From the NCBI RefSeq assembly GCF_016026235.1, contig NZ_CP065613.1: a stretch of 64,000 nt of DNA; one strand, written 5' to 3'. Position numbers and translations under genes: made by a program. Each line of letters starts with the position of its first letter. The stretch's first letter is position 1. Of the stretch, positions 33,850 to 45,106 are shown piece after piece. This DNA is from Escherichia coli. GTDB lineage: Bacteria; Pseudomonadota; Gammaproteobacteria; Enterobacterales; Enterobacteriaceae. A model generated the notes under the pieces. It had not been told where the DNA came from, ran no database searches, and saw nothing but the letters and a program-made list of their open reading frames with translations.

Positions 33850-35359
33850 TGTCTATGCGTAAACATATTGCTTTCGCCAGTATGTGTATGGGATTATTTA
33901 TTGCTCAGCTTGATATTCAAATTGTATCGTCATCCCTAAATGAAATAGGTGGTGGTTTGTCCGCAGGTAAAGACGAAATGGCCTGGCTTCAGACCAGCTA
34001 TTTAATTGCTGAGATTATTGTTATTCCGCTCTCTGGGTGGCTGTCACGGGTATTTTCCACTCGTTGGCTTTTTACTCTATCCGCGGGAATATTTACTTTA
34101 ATGAGTATCGCGTGTGGACTTGCATGGAATATTCAGATCATGATTTTGTTTCGTGCTTTACAGGGAGCTGCTGGCGCATCCATGATCCCTTTAGTTTTCA
34201 CGACGGCGTTTATTTATTACCAGGGTAAAGAGTTGGGGTTGGCTGCTGCGGTAGTCAGTGCGCTGGCCTCACTGTCACCGACGCTAGGGCCAACTCTGGG
34301 GGGCTGGATCACTGATAACCTCGACTGGCGATGGCTATTTTATATCAATATATTACCTGGCATATATTTAGTTTTGAGTATTCCTTTTCTGGTTAATTTT
34401 GATAAACCTGATCTCTCTTTACTGAAAGTTGCTGATTATCCGAGTATTATCCTGTTGGCCATGACTCTGGGATGTCTGGAATATACCCTTGAAGAAGGAG
34501 CGCGCTGGGGATGGCTGGATGATAATACTATTTTGCTGACATCAGTTCTGGCATTGGTGAGTTTTATTTTATTTGCTGCGCGTACACTTACAATATCCAA
34601 TCCGATAATGGATCTTCATGCTTTTAAGGATAAAAATTTCACTCTGGGATGTTTTTTTTCTTTTTCTGGAGGGGTTGGGATATTCTCTACTGTATATTTA
34701 ATACCTGTGTTTTTGGGGCAGATTCGCGGATTAAATGCCGAAGAGATAGGTTTTGCCGTTTGCACAACAGGTATTTTCCAGTTATTTTCTGTTCCCTTTT
34801 ACTTCTGGTTAAGTAAAAAAATAAATCTGCGATGGCTGTTGATGGCGGGGCTGGGCGGATTTGTGTTTTCAATGTATCTTTTTACCCCTATAACCCACGA
34901 ATGGGGATGGCAGGAATTACTGTTTCCACAGGCAATTAGAGGGATTTCGCAGCAGTTTGCGATGGCCCCATCGTAACATTAACGCTAGGGGGAATTCCAA
35001 AAGAACGGCTGAAGTTAGCCTCTGGTGTATTTAATTTAACACGTAATCTTGGGGGCGCGATTGGTATTGCCCTGTGTGGCTCTATTCTCAATAATCGAAC
35101 TAATTTTCATTTTTCGCGAATGGGTGAAAAAATGGTTTCTGTTCCCCATACGGTGAATGACTTCATTTCCAGAAGTGCTTTATTTTTTAATCGCAGTGGA
35201 AGTGACCAGACATCGGAAATACTGGCTTCAACCAAATTATTGAGTCAATTGATGCTGAGGGAGGCGCAAACTATGGCATTTTCGGATACCTTTCTGCTAA
35301 TCAGTGGTCTGTTATTTATCGCATTTTTGTTGGTTCCTGCTATGAATAAATCATCCTGA
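33846..35359 (+). pseudogene. MFS efflux transporter (EmrB-like) with apparent frameshift
   Basis: ORF 33846-34976 stops early; the protein continues in another frame through 35359. Confidence 0.65.
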
Positions 35360-35553
35360 TCGGAGCCTGTGCTGAATTAAACTCGGGCTAAACTGTTCGA
35401 TACTGCTAACAGGCTAGTATAAAATGCCCCGCCTGCGCAGATACTCACAGGTATGAAGTAGAGTATTGTTTCAATCTGTGAAGGGAACGATGCAGTAAGT
35501 ATGAACAATTAACCCGTCTGAATCACGACGTGTGAAGGTGCATAGGAGGTTAC

Positions 35554-36117
35554 ATGAACCTTGACGACAAATCGCTGTTTCTTGACGCCATGGAAGATGT
35601 CCAGCCGCTGAAACGAGCTACAGATGTCCACTGGCATCCAACGCGTAACCAACGTGCGCCGCAGCGTATCGACACGCTGCAGCTTGATAATTTCCTCACC
35701 ACCGGATTTCTCGACATCATCCCGCTAAGTCAGCCGCTGGAGTTTCGGCGGGAAGGGTTGCAACATGGGGTGCTGGATAAGCTGCGCAGTGGTAAATATC
35801 CGCAACAGGCGAGCCTGAATCTTTTGCGCCAGCCGGTGGAAGAGTGCCGCAAAATGGTGTTCAGTTTCATTCAACAAGCCCTGGCGGATGGTTTGCGTAA
35901 TGTGCTGATTATTCATGGTAAAGGGCGGGAAGATAAATCGCATGCCAATATTGTCCGCAGCTATGTGGCGCGCTGGCTGACCGAATTTGATGATGTTCAG
36001 GCATATTGCACCGCGCTACCGCATCATGGCGGCAGCGGGGCGTGTTACGTCGCACTACGTAAAACGGCGCAGGCGAAGCAAGAAAACTGGGAGCGCCACG
36101 CTAAGCGCAGTCGTTGA
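35554..36117 (+). CDS. smrA: Smr-domain DNA endonuclease
   Basis: 187-aa ORF with Smr motif LIIHGKG; synteny. Confidence 0.85.
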   Translation: MNLDDKSLFLDAMEDVQPLKRATDVHWHPTRNQRAPQRIDTLQLDNFLTTGFLDIIPLSQPLEFRREGLQHGVLDKLRSGKYPQQASLNLLRQPVEECRKMVFSFIQQALADGLRNVLIIHGKGREDKSHANIVRSYVARWLTEFDDVQAYCTALPHHGGSGACYVALRKTAQAKQENWERHAKRSR

Positions 36118-36137
36118 TCTCGAGACGCATCCGCGGC

Positions 36138-37370
36138 TTATGCCGCCAGCACGCGGTTGCGTCCATCATTTTTCGCCCGATACAAAGCATCATCAACGCG
36201 TTTAAACAGTTCATCGATGCTTTCATTTCCTTCGTGATGCGCCACACCAATGCTGACGGTAAAGCGTGGTAAGCCCGAAATACTCACTTTTGCCACGCTT
36301 ACGCGGATAGTTTCAGCCAGCGAAAGCGCGGTATCCAGTGGGGTTCTTGGTAGCAATAAGACAAACTCTTCGCCTCCCCAACGAAACACCAAATCGCCTT
36401 TGCGAGCGCAACTTTCGAGGGTGCGGGCGAGGGCGCATAACACCTCATCACCTTTAGAATGCCCATAGAGATCGTTAATGTGTTTAAAACGATCGGTGTC
36501 GATGAGCAACAAGCTGTAATCCTGAGCGATGGCGAGATGCTGCATTTGGCCTGGCTCGGTAATGTGATAAAACTGTCGCCGATTCAGTAATCCGGTCATC
36601 GCGTCATGGTGAGCAGCATGTTCCAGCTGCTCCTCCAGCCGTTTTTGCTCAGTAATATCATGCACAATACATAACATGAGCTTGTCGCCATAAATTTCAA
36701 TCGGTCCGGCATAGGTCTGCACATGACGAGTAGATCCATCCGCCAGTTTATGAACAAAATTCAAAGGTTTATGACCGCCGGGTAAATGCGAAATTTCATG
36801 CATGATAGGCATGACGCGACGCCCGAGCATATTTATTTCCCAGGTATGTTTCTGGCACATCGTTTCATGGTTATAACCATAGAAATTGAGCGCGGCGAGG
36901 TTAGCATCGACGATTTGTCCATCTCGTGACGGGTCAATCAACAACATTGGTGCAGAGTTAGTCAGAAAAAAGCGCGCATAAAAACCTTGTTTTTTGCGCT
37001 GATAATTTGCCGAGCGACTGGCTTTTAAACCCAGCGTTGCCGGCGCTTCGATACCTTCGAAAATAATCACCGGTTCTGTTTCTGTCAGCTCTCGCAAAAC
37101 AAGCCGACAGCTTAATGCTGTTTCCTCTTCTTTACGCTGAACAGTGAGGATTTCGATAATATCGTGTTGGTTTTGCAGATCGGAGAGGTATTTCGGCAGT
37201 TCTTTTTGTGAGGAGACGGAATAGGGACCGGTTCGTAGCTGACTAAACGTGAGGTCTTGCATCAACAGTCGCGCCGCGCTATTGGCATAAATTAACTGTT
37301 CCTCAAAGGGCGAAACGATCCAGACAGGACTGGTGAGTAAGTCCAGGGTATTGAAGTTGTGCGTAATCAT
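36138..37370 (-). CDS. dgcM: diguanylate cyclase (PAS-GGDEF)
   Basis: GGDEF active site RWGGEEF; start chosen at MITHNF within longer ORF. Confidence 0.85.
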   Translation of the reverse strand: MITHNFNTLDLLTSPVWIVSPFEEQLIYANSAARLLMQDLTFSQLRTGPYSVSSQKELPKYLSDLQNQHDIIEILTVQRKEEETALSCRLVLRELTETEPVIIFEGIEAPATLGLKASRSANYQRKKQGFYARFFLTNSAPMLLIDPSRDGQIVDANLAALNFYGYNHETMCQKHTWEINMLGRRVMPIMHEISHLPGGHKPLNFVHKLADGSTRHVQTYAGPIEIYGDKLMLCIVHDITEQKRLEEQLEHAAHHDAMTGLLNRRQFYHITEPGQMQHLAIAQDYSLLLIDTDRFKHINDLYGHSKGDEVLCALARTLESCARKGDLVFRWGGEEFVLLLPRTPLDTALSLAETIRVSVAKVSISGLPRFTVSIGVAHHEGNESIDELFKRVDDALYRAKNDGRNRVLAA

Positions 37371-37603
37371 TGAGATCCCATTATTTTTATCAATTTTTGT
37401 TGCTATCCGATCGCAAAAAAGCCACGTCATATGATCAGATAATTCTGATAATGATAGACGCTATTTAACACTTCACACGGTTTGTATACGGAAAAGCATT
37501 TTGCTTTTTGTATTCAATTTAGACAGAATTTTATTAATCATTTCAGGGTAATGGGGTGATGAGATGTTGCGTAACAGGGCCAGAAGGCTAGACTACAAAA
37601 TAA

Positions 37604-38608
<1,005 letters not shown>

Positions 38609-38654
38609 CAAAAGCAATTTTTCCGGCTATCTGTATACAAAAACGCCGCAAAGT

Positions 38655-38668
38655 TTGAGCGAAGTCAA
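38655..38668. promoter_or_regulatory. FNR-binding site upstream of fnrS
   Basis: TTGAG-N4-GTCAA close to the TTGAT-N4-ATCAA consensus, about 40 bp upstream of the sRNA start. Confidence 0.6.
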
Positions 38669-38703
38669 TAAACTCTCTACCCATTCAGGGCAATATCTCT
38701 CTT

Positions 38704-38826
38704 GCAGGTGAATGCAACGTCAAGCGATGGGCGTTGCGCTCCATATTGTCTTACTTCCTTTTTTGAATTACTGCATAGCACAATTGATTCGTACGACGCC
38801 GACTTTGATGAGTCGGCTTTTTTTTG
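38704..38826 (+). ncRNA. fnrS: FNR-regulated small RNA FnrS
   Basis: GCAGGTGAATGCAACGTCAAGCGATGGGCG... ending in GCCGACTTTGATGAGTCGGC hairpin plus T-run; zntB-dbpA intergenic position. Confidence 0.8.
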
Positions 38827-38882
38827 CCTGTTATTTATCAGCGTCTACCCTTTAAGAGTCCACCCAATGACCGGAGGGAAAT

Positions 38883-39053
38883 ATGACGACACTTATTTAT
38901 TTGCAAATTCCTGTCCCTGAACCGATTCCTGGCGATCCTGTTCCAGTGCCCGATCCGATCCCTCGCCCGCAACCCATGCCTGACCCACCACCCGATGAAG
39001 AACCGATTAAATTGTCGCATCGTGAGCGTAGATCTGCGAGGATACGCGCCTGA
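38883..39053 (+). CDS. small proline-rich protein (56 aa), unknown function
   Basis: ATG preceded by ggaggg RBS; translation MTTLIYLQIPVPEPIPGDPVPVPDPIPRPQPMPDPPPDEE... Confidence 0.4.
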   Translation: MTTLIYLQIPVPEPIPGDPVPVPDPIPRPQPMPDPPPDEEPIKLSHRERRSARIRA

Positions 39054-39085
39054 TGACTTTGCGTCGATGACCACGAGAATAGATT

Positions 39086-40459
39086 GTGACCGCTTTTTCT
39101 ACCCTGAATGTTTTGCCTCCCGCCCAACTCACGAACCTTAATGAGTTGGGTTATTTAACCATGACGCCGGTGCAGGCCGCCGCGCTTCCGGCGATCCTTG
39201 CCGGAAAAGATGTTCGCGTGCAGGCGAAAACTGGCAGCGGCAAAACGGCGGCTTTTGGCCTCGGCTTGTTACAGCAAATTGATGCGTCGCTATTTCAAAC
39301 CCAGGCTTTAGTGCTGTGTCCTACGCGTGAACTGGCGGATCAGGTGGCAGGTGAATTGCGTCGGCTGGCGCGTTTTCTGCCAAATACCAAAATTTTGACG
39401 TTGTGCGGTGGTCAACCGTTCGGTATGCAGCGTGATTCGTTGCAACATGCGCCGCATATTATCGTGGCAACGCCGGGGCGTTTGCTGGATCACCTGCAAA
39501 AAGGCACGGTATCACTGGATGCGTTGAATACGCTGGTGATGGATGAGGCCGACCGCATGCTGGATATGGGATTTAGCGATGCCATTGATGATGTCATCCG
39601 TTTTGCGCCAGCATCTCGACAGACGCTTCTGTTTTCGGCAACCTGGCCGGAAGCCATCGCTGCAATCAGCGGACGAGTGCAACGCGATCCTTTGGCGATT
39701 GAAATTGACTCAACAGATGCTTTGCCACCCATTGAACAACAATTTTATGAGACATCCAGCAAAGGCAAAATTCCTCTGTTGCAACGGTTATTAAGCTTGC
39801 ATCAGCCATCCTCTTGCGTGGTGTTTTGCAATACCAAAAAAGATTGTCAGGCTGTCTGCGACGCGCTGAATGAAGTAGGGCAAAGTGCATTGTCGTTACA
39901 CGGCGATCTGGAGCAACGCGATCGCGATCAGACCCTGGTACGTTTTGCTAACGGTAGCGCCCGTGTACTGGTCGCGACTGATGTTGCTGCGCGTGGTCTG
40001 GATATAAAATCGCTTGAGCTGGTGGTGAACTTTGAGCTGGCGTGGGACCCTGAAGTTCATGTACATCGCATCGGCCGTACAGCTCGTGCAGGAAATAGCG
40101 GTCTGGCGATCAGTTTCTGTGCTCCGGAAGAAGCACAGCGGGCCAATATCATTTCTGACATGTTGCAGATAAAACTTAACTGGCAAACACCGCCAGTTAA
40201 TAGTTCCATTGTGCCGCTGGAAGCAGAAATGGCAACGTTGTGTATCGATGGCGGGAAAAAAGCCAAAATGCGCCCGGGTGATGTATTAGGTGCACTGACA
40301 GGAGATATCGGGCTTGATGGCGCAGATATTGGCAAAATCGCCGTGCATCCGGCGCATGTCTATGTCGCGGTCCGTCAGGCTGTTGCTCATAAAGCATGGA
40401 AACAGTTACAGGGCGGGAAGATTAAAGGAAAAACGTGCCGGGTGCGGTTATTAAAATAA
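39086..40459 (+). CDS. dbpA: ATP-dependent RNA helicase (DEAD-box)
   Basis: 457-aa ORF with AKTGSGKT, DEAD and SAT motifs. Confidence 0.92.
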   Translation: MTAFSTLNVLPPAQLTNLNELGYLTMTPVQAAALPAILAGKDVRVQAKTGSGKTAAFGLGLLQQIDASLFQTQALVLCPTRELADQVAGELRRLARFLPNTKILTLCGGQPFGMQRDSLQHAPHIIVATPGRLLDHLQKGTVSLDALNTLVMDEADRMLDMGFSDAIDDVIRFAPASRQTLLFSATWPEAIAAISGRVQRDPLAIEIDSTDALPPIEQQFYETSSKGKIPLLQRLLSLHQPSSCVVFCNTKKDCQAVCDALNEVGQSALSLHGDLEQRDRDQTLVRFANGSARVLVATDVAARGLDIKSLELVVNFELAWDPEVHVHRIGRTARAGNSGLAISFCAPEEAQRANIISDMLQIKLNWQTPPVNSSIVPLEAEMATLCIDGGKKAKMRPGDVLGALTGDIGLDGADIGKIAVHPAHVYVAVRQAVAHKAWKQLQGGKIKGKTCRVRLLK

Positions 40460-40499
40460 TGAAATGTTGAATTGCCGGGTGCAAGAGTAAACATCTTAT

Positions 40500-40565
40500 T
40501 CGGGATTGCCGGATGCGACGCTGGCCGCGTCTTATCCGGCCTCCATAAGAGTAGCCCGATACGCT
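40500..40565. repeat. REP (repetitive extragenic palindrome) elements
   Basis: gccggatgcgacgctggccgcgtcttatccggcc palindromic units after dbpA. Confidence 0.55.
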
Positions 40566-40587
40566 TGCGCATCGGGCGCTATCCTGG

Positions 40588-41523
40588 TTATTTCACTTCA
40601 ACCACATTCAGCCGTAACTCATCCAACTGATTTTCATCTTCTTCTGGCTGCCAGCCCGCCGGTTGTAGTGGGATCTCTTCGCGATCAAACGCCAGATCAC
40701 CCCCGTTAACCACTTCAGAACCGTGGGTGATGCCTTTGAAATCGAACAGGTTGGTATCGCACAGATGCGACGGCACCACATTCTGCATCGCGCTGAACAT
40801 CGTCTCGATACGCCCTGGATAACGTTTATCCCAGTCCCGCAACATGTCAGCAATCACCTGACGTTGCAGGTTAGGCTGTGAACCGCACAGGTTGCACGGA
40901 ATAATCGGGAACGCTTTTGCATCGGCAAATCGCTGAATATCTTTCTCGCGGCAGTAGGCCAGCGGACGAATAACGATATGTTTGCCATCATCGCTCATCA
41001 GTTTCGGAGGCATACCTTTCATCTTGCCGCCGTAGAACATATTTAAGAACAACGTTTGCAGGATATCGTCACGATGGTGGCCCAACGCGATCTTCGTCGC
41101 CCCCAGTTCCGTTGCGGTGCGATAAAGGATACCGCGACGTAGCCGAGAACACAGTGAGCAAGTGGTTTTGCCCTCTGGAATCTTCTCTTTCACGATACCG
41201 TAAGTGTTCTCTTCAACAATCTTGTACTCAACGCCCAGCTTTTCAAGATACTCGGGCAGAACGTGTTCCGGGAAGCCCGGTTGCTTTTGATCGAGGTTAA
41301 CAGCCACCAGCGAAAAATTGATTGGCGCGCTTTGCTGCAAATTGCGCAGAATCTCCAGCATGGTATAGCTGTCTTTACCCCCGGAGAGGCAAACCATGAT
41401 GCGATCGCCTTCTTCAATCATATTGAAGTCAGCAATGGCTTCGCCCACGTTACGACGCAGACGTTTTTGTAATTTGTTCAGATTGTATTGTTCTTTCTTT
41501 GTAATTTGTTGATTTTCTTGCAT
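40588..41523 (-). CDS. ttcA: tRNA 2-thiocytidine biosynthesis protein
   Basis: 311-aa ORF with PP-loop SGGKDS and CxxC pairs; followed directly by the prophage integrase. Confidence 0.9.
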   Translation of the reverse strand: MQENQQITKKEQYNLNKLQKRLRRNVGEAIADFNMIEEGDRIMVCLSGGKDSYTMLEILRNLQQSAPINFSLVAVNLDQKQPGFPEHVLPEYLEKLGVEYKIVEENTYGIVKEKIPEGKTTCSLCSRLRRGILYRTATELGATKIALGHHRDDILQTLFLNMFYGGKMKGMPPKLMSDDGKHIVIRPLAYCREKDIQRFADAKAFPIIPCNLCGSQPNLQRQVIADMLRDWDKRYPGRIETMFSAMQNVVPSHLCDTNLFDFKGITHGSEVVNGGDLAFDREEIPLQPAGWQPEEDENQLDELRLNVVEVK

Positions 41524-41574
41524 TATTTCAGTTCTCTGGTACTAAATGGGGCAAATTGGGGGCAAACTTTGCAA

Positions 41575-42810
41575 CTACGATAACCGCGCATTCAACATGG
41601 CTATCTGTTCGTCGTTCATGTCATCAATCCACATACCGTAAATTTCATACACCATTTGCGCAGTTTCATGCCCCATCTGGCTGGCTATAAATGCCGGGTT
41701 CGCTCCTGCCGTCAACAGCCAGCAGGCAAAAGTATGTCGCGTATGGTACGGATTACGGCGGCGAATACCAGCACGTTTTACTGCTGCATTCCATCTCGCA
41801 CCCAAACTGCTTACCGAGTAATAAGGTTTCTGTTTTCCGTTACACATCCTGGGCATGAAAACAAAATGCAGTTTTTGCTTTTCGGTTCTGCCGTACTCCC
41901 GATGATAAAAAGTGATTTCGCTTTTGCGATGATGCCCGGTCAGTTTGTATTGCTCCTTCAGTGCTTCAAGAGCTGGCTGTAGTAATGTTACCGTCCGGAT
42001 CCCGGCATTTGTTTTTGGGGGACCGAACATATCAAGTATCGTCAGGTTTCTTCTGACATTCACAATTCCCTTCTCGAAATCCACATCCTCCCACGCCAGA
42101 GCTGCCAGTTCCCCGTGACGAAGCCCGGAGTAAACGGCAAATTTCCACAAGTTTTGGCTCTGTCCTTTTTCACTTTCCATTAATGCATTGAATTCTGTTT
42201 TAGATAACGGGTCAGGCTTTATTCTGTTTCGCTGTAATTTTTTTACTCCTTCAAATGGTTTGGTTGATATAAATCCCGACTGATACGCAAAACGTAACAG
42301 CGAACAGAGCAGGGCGATATAGTTATCAACTGTGCGCACGGTTCTTCCTTTTTTGTTGGATCTTGGATTATCCAGGTAAAGCGTTTCTCCATGCAGCAGT
42401 TCATTCCGGTAGTTTAAGATATCGCTATAACGAATATATGATATCGGGGTACTTTCACAAATTATTATTCTGAGTGTTTTTAATTGTGATTTCGTTTTCT
42501 TCATTGTGTTTGTTGTTAACTCTGTCTCTTTAATTTTTGTCCAGATATCACAAAGCTCCCCGAACGTTTTTATGACTCTCGTTGTCACCATTTTTGCCCC
42601 AGTGCTGGACTGGGGAAAACGTCTTAAATACTCAAATTCACCGGAGTTTATTTCATGAACTATCAGCGCTCTTAAATTTCCGGCCTTTTTAATATTACTG
42701 TTTGTAATCTCCCAGCCTTTTAATGTTTCCCGACATCGTTTTCCTCGAAACATGAACCAGATGCGAATGTTTCTACCTCTAATCTCGACACCTGTTGGTA
42801 ATTTAGACAT
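41575..42810 (-). CDS. intR: prophage tyrosine integrase (Rac IntR-like)
   Basis: 411-aa ORF; C-terminal catalytic region with HTRHTFA and terminal Y-containing box. Confidence 0.9.
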   Translation of the reverse strand: MSKLPTGVEIRGRNIRIWFMFRGKRCRETLKGWEITNSNIKKAGNLRALIVHEINSGEFEYLRRFPQSSTGAKMVTTRVIKTFGELCDIWTKIKETELTTNTMKKTKSQLKTLRIIICESTPISYIRYSDILNYRNELLHGETLYLDNPRSNKKGRTVRTVDNYIALLCSLLRFAYQSGFISTKPFEGVKKLQRNRIKPDPLSKTEFNALMESEKGQSQNLWKFAVYSGLRHGELAALAWEDVDFEKGIVNVRRNLTILDMFGPPKTNAGIRTVTLLQPALEALKEQYKLTGHHRKSEITFYHREYGRTEKQKLHFVFMPRMCNGKQKPYYSVSSLGARWNAAVKRAGIRRRNPYHTRHTFACWLLTAGANPAFIASQMGHETAQMVYEIYGMWIDDMNDEQIAMLNARLS

Positions 42811-42811
42811 A

Positions 42812-43051
42812 TCATGAGTCTTTGATAAACTGATTTATCTTTGGATAGTTGTACCAGATAATCCCTCGTTTGCTGTCTGGCTTACCTAAAGGAGATACTC
42901 GTTTGAAGTGGAAGCCCTCCACCCAACAGTTCTGGCGGTATGCTTCAATTTGTCTGGCCCCCAGACCAGTGCGAAGCATCAGGCCGTATTCAACCATCCA
43001 CTCTTCATTAAAGATTACTTGTGCCATCGCATCACCTCTGGCAGGCGCCAA
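42812..43051 (-). CDS. phage excisionase
   Basis: 79-aa ORF immediately upstream of int; Xis-like sequence. Confidence 0.75.
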   Translation of the reverse strand: MAPARGDAMAQVIFNEEWMVEYGLMLRTGLGARQIEAYRQNCWVEGFHFKRVSPLGKPDSKRGIIWYNYPKINQFIKDS

Positions 43052-43126
43052 TGTTAGACTGAAATTGACGCCTGATGTTGATTATTAATAATCAGCTATG
43101 AAGTTCTAATCTGGATATAATGAAAT

Positions 43127-43348
43127 TCACGAGGACTGAAGTTTCTCGCAATTAAAATTTATCAGTTTTACTTTCTGCTCTCTGGAAACGCCTGCTTCTT
43201 TTTCCCCTGAGAGCATTTTTTCGCATTCTGATTTCGTTAGTTTTGTCTTTGAGTATCTTGTCCAGCTGGCAGGAGAACCACCTTCCTTTTCAATAGTGGC
43301 TGTAATTTTATACATGAACACCTCCATTAATATTTTCCCAAAATGCAC
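43127..43348 (-). CDS. hypothetical prophage protein (73 aa)
   Basis: ORF in the early-left operon, same strand as neighbours; no recognisable domain. Confidence 0.4.
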   Translation of the reverse strand: MHFGKILMEVFMYKITATIEKEGGSPASWTRYSKTKLTKSECEKMLSGEKEAGVSREQKVKLINFNCEKLQSS

Positions 43349-43354
43349 TTGGTT

Positions 43355-44452
43355 TTACACCGGAATATTCTCATCGTATCCTGCTTGTTGCGTTTCGTTT
43401 TGTGTTTGTGGATCCGGGAATGCATATTCAACGCCTTCCAGTTCAATCCATAGTGCATTACGACCAGCTTTGATTGTCGGCCAGTCCATACCTTTGATTC
43501 TTTCCCATGAGCGGGAGGTGAATGTTTTTTCCAGCAAATCAGCTTTTGCGCGTTTGGCGTCGTTACTGGTGCCCCCATGGTGCTTGTTGAGCAACTCGAT
43601 AATTTCATCAAGTGCGATTTCTTTTGCACGCTTTTCTTTTAGCCATGTCGGTGTACCGTCGTTGGCAAATAATTCACTGTTATCCCGTGAGGTATCGATG
43701 CCGAGGTGTTCACCTCCCAGGTTAAGAAACTCGATATGAGGAAGAAAGTTTTTAAATGTTGGGTTTGAAAATACCTGTCCATCAATACGGGTGGAGCGAT
43801 CTTTTAGTATTCTGGCGGTGCGCCACACCTGACCGGTTTCTATGTTCATTTGCTTCTCCATCTGGATCAGGATGGAGGGTTCATAACCGGTTTCTGTTTC
43901 TGCTTTCATTTTTATACCGGTTTTTGCCAACTGGCGTTTGCCATCATCACCTTCGAAAAAGTCATACTCATATCCTGCACGCCCGCACATAATAATGTGC
44001 GCCTGACTGTTAACAAATCGATCGGTAAAGCGTCGCCACTCCTGTTTGAGCCACGCCCAGTCTGAAAATTCCAGTCCTCGTTTACGGTTTCGGCGTCTGG
44101 CATACTCGTCGCATAATCCGGTCCAGAAGTGACTGATGGAGTCGATGATCATTACGGAACCGCTGCTTTCCGCTTCATTAATGGCTTCAAGCAGATCAAC
44201 AAACGAGCGGGTTTTTGCCGTAAATAATTCGATATTTTCCGCATCAAAGCGGGGTTTAACCCAGTCAGAGCCTGTTTCTGTGTCCAGAAACATTACCGGG
44301 CGGTTACCAGCTTCAATTCCCCGTTGCCGCATAAGCATTACCAGACCAATAGCCAGTTCGCTTGCTGTGTAGGTTTTGCCGTCGCCAGCAAACCCCATAA
44401 TTCCTGCTTTTAGATAGGCCTGTGTGTTTATTGCTCGTTGAAAAAGCGCCAT
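43355..44452 (-). CDS. P-loop NTPase, RecA-like fold (possible Sak4-type recombination ATPase)
   Basis: 365 aa; Walker A GFAGDGKT at residues 20-27 and Walker B-like MIIDSISH; sits in the recombination-module position. Confidence 0.55.
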   Translation of the reverse strand: MALFQRAINTQAYLKAGIMGFAGDGKTYTASELAIGLVMLMRQRGIEAGNRPVMFLDTETGSDWVKPRFDAENIELFTAKTRSFVDLLEAINEAESSGSVMIIDSISHFWTGLCDEYARRRNRKRGLEFSDWAWLKQEWRRFTDRFVNSQAHIIMCGRAGYEYDFFEGDDGKRQLAKTGIKMKAETETGYEPSILIQMEKQMNIETGQVWRTARILKDRSTRIDGQVFSNPTFKNFLPHIEFLNLGGEHLGIDTSRDNSELFANDGTPTWLKEKRAKEIALDEIIELLNKHHGGTSNDAKRAKADLLEKTFTSRSWERIKGMDWPTIKAGRNALWIELEGVEYAFPDPQTQNETQQAGYDENIPV

Positions 44453-44457
44453 AGATT

Positions 44458-44757
44458 TTAGTCCTCCAAATCAATATCAACCTGGTGGTGGGCAATGGTT
44501 TCAGCCATGTACCGGATGTGTTCTGCCATGCGCTCCTGAAACTCAACATCATCATCAAATGCGTGGCTGATTGCCTGTTTATTGGCACCGTGGCGTTGCA
44601 AATGGTCGATGCAGAGCGATTCAAACAGGTGCTGAGGCAGACCTTTTTCCAGGTCGTCCGCCAGTTCCGTTTCTTTTTCTTCACGAACGATCTGCTGGTA
44701 GTGGCGAGCCCATGCCATTTCTTCAATACGATCAAAAATCGGGTAAGCGCTCATCAC
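44458..44757 (-). CDS. hypothetical prophage protein (99 aa, acidic)
   Basis: ORF with ATGA-type overlap to the upstream gene; no recognisable domain. Confidence 0.4.
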   Translation of the reverse strand: MMSAYPIFDRIEEMAWARHYQQIVREEKETELADDLEKGLPQHLFESLCIDHLQRHGANKQAISHAFDDDVEFQERMAEHIRYMAETIAHHQVDIDLED

Positions 44758-45106
44758 TGGTCACTCCAAAATTTTCAAGCTTGTTGGCAATCATCATTGC
44801 GATGTCAGGGATTGCAGGCGCATAGGCTATGCACGCAGGATTCGCACATAAACCGTAAACCGCCGCAATCAACACCTGTTTTTTCCAGTTGAGTTCATCT
44901 TCGCCAGTTTCATTATTGCTATCATTATGCTGATCGCTGCCAGCGTTCTCCGGTAACAAATCATCAGCTTTTCCGTTTTCTTCGGCTCTTCTTCCTGTGC
45001 TTCATCTGGTTTTTTTTCGTCAAAAGTTTCCTGATAAGTTGCGTCTCCCATCACCGCGCCACAGTCAGGGCAGTTATCCTCGCCAGTCTGATTGCAGGGT
45101 GTTCCC

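Noticed and set aside
38897-39127. Gly-rich minus-strand ORF (MGGRQNIQGRK...)
   Set aside because: It is the reverse-strand shadow of the proline-rich + strand ORF (Pro codons read as Gly on the other strand).
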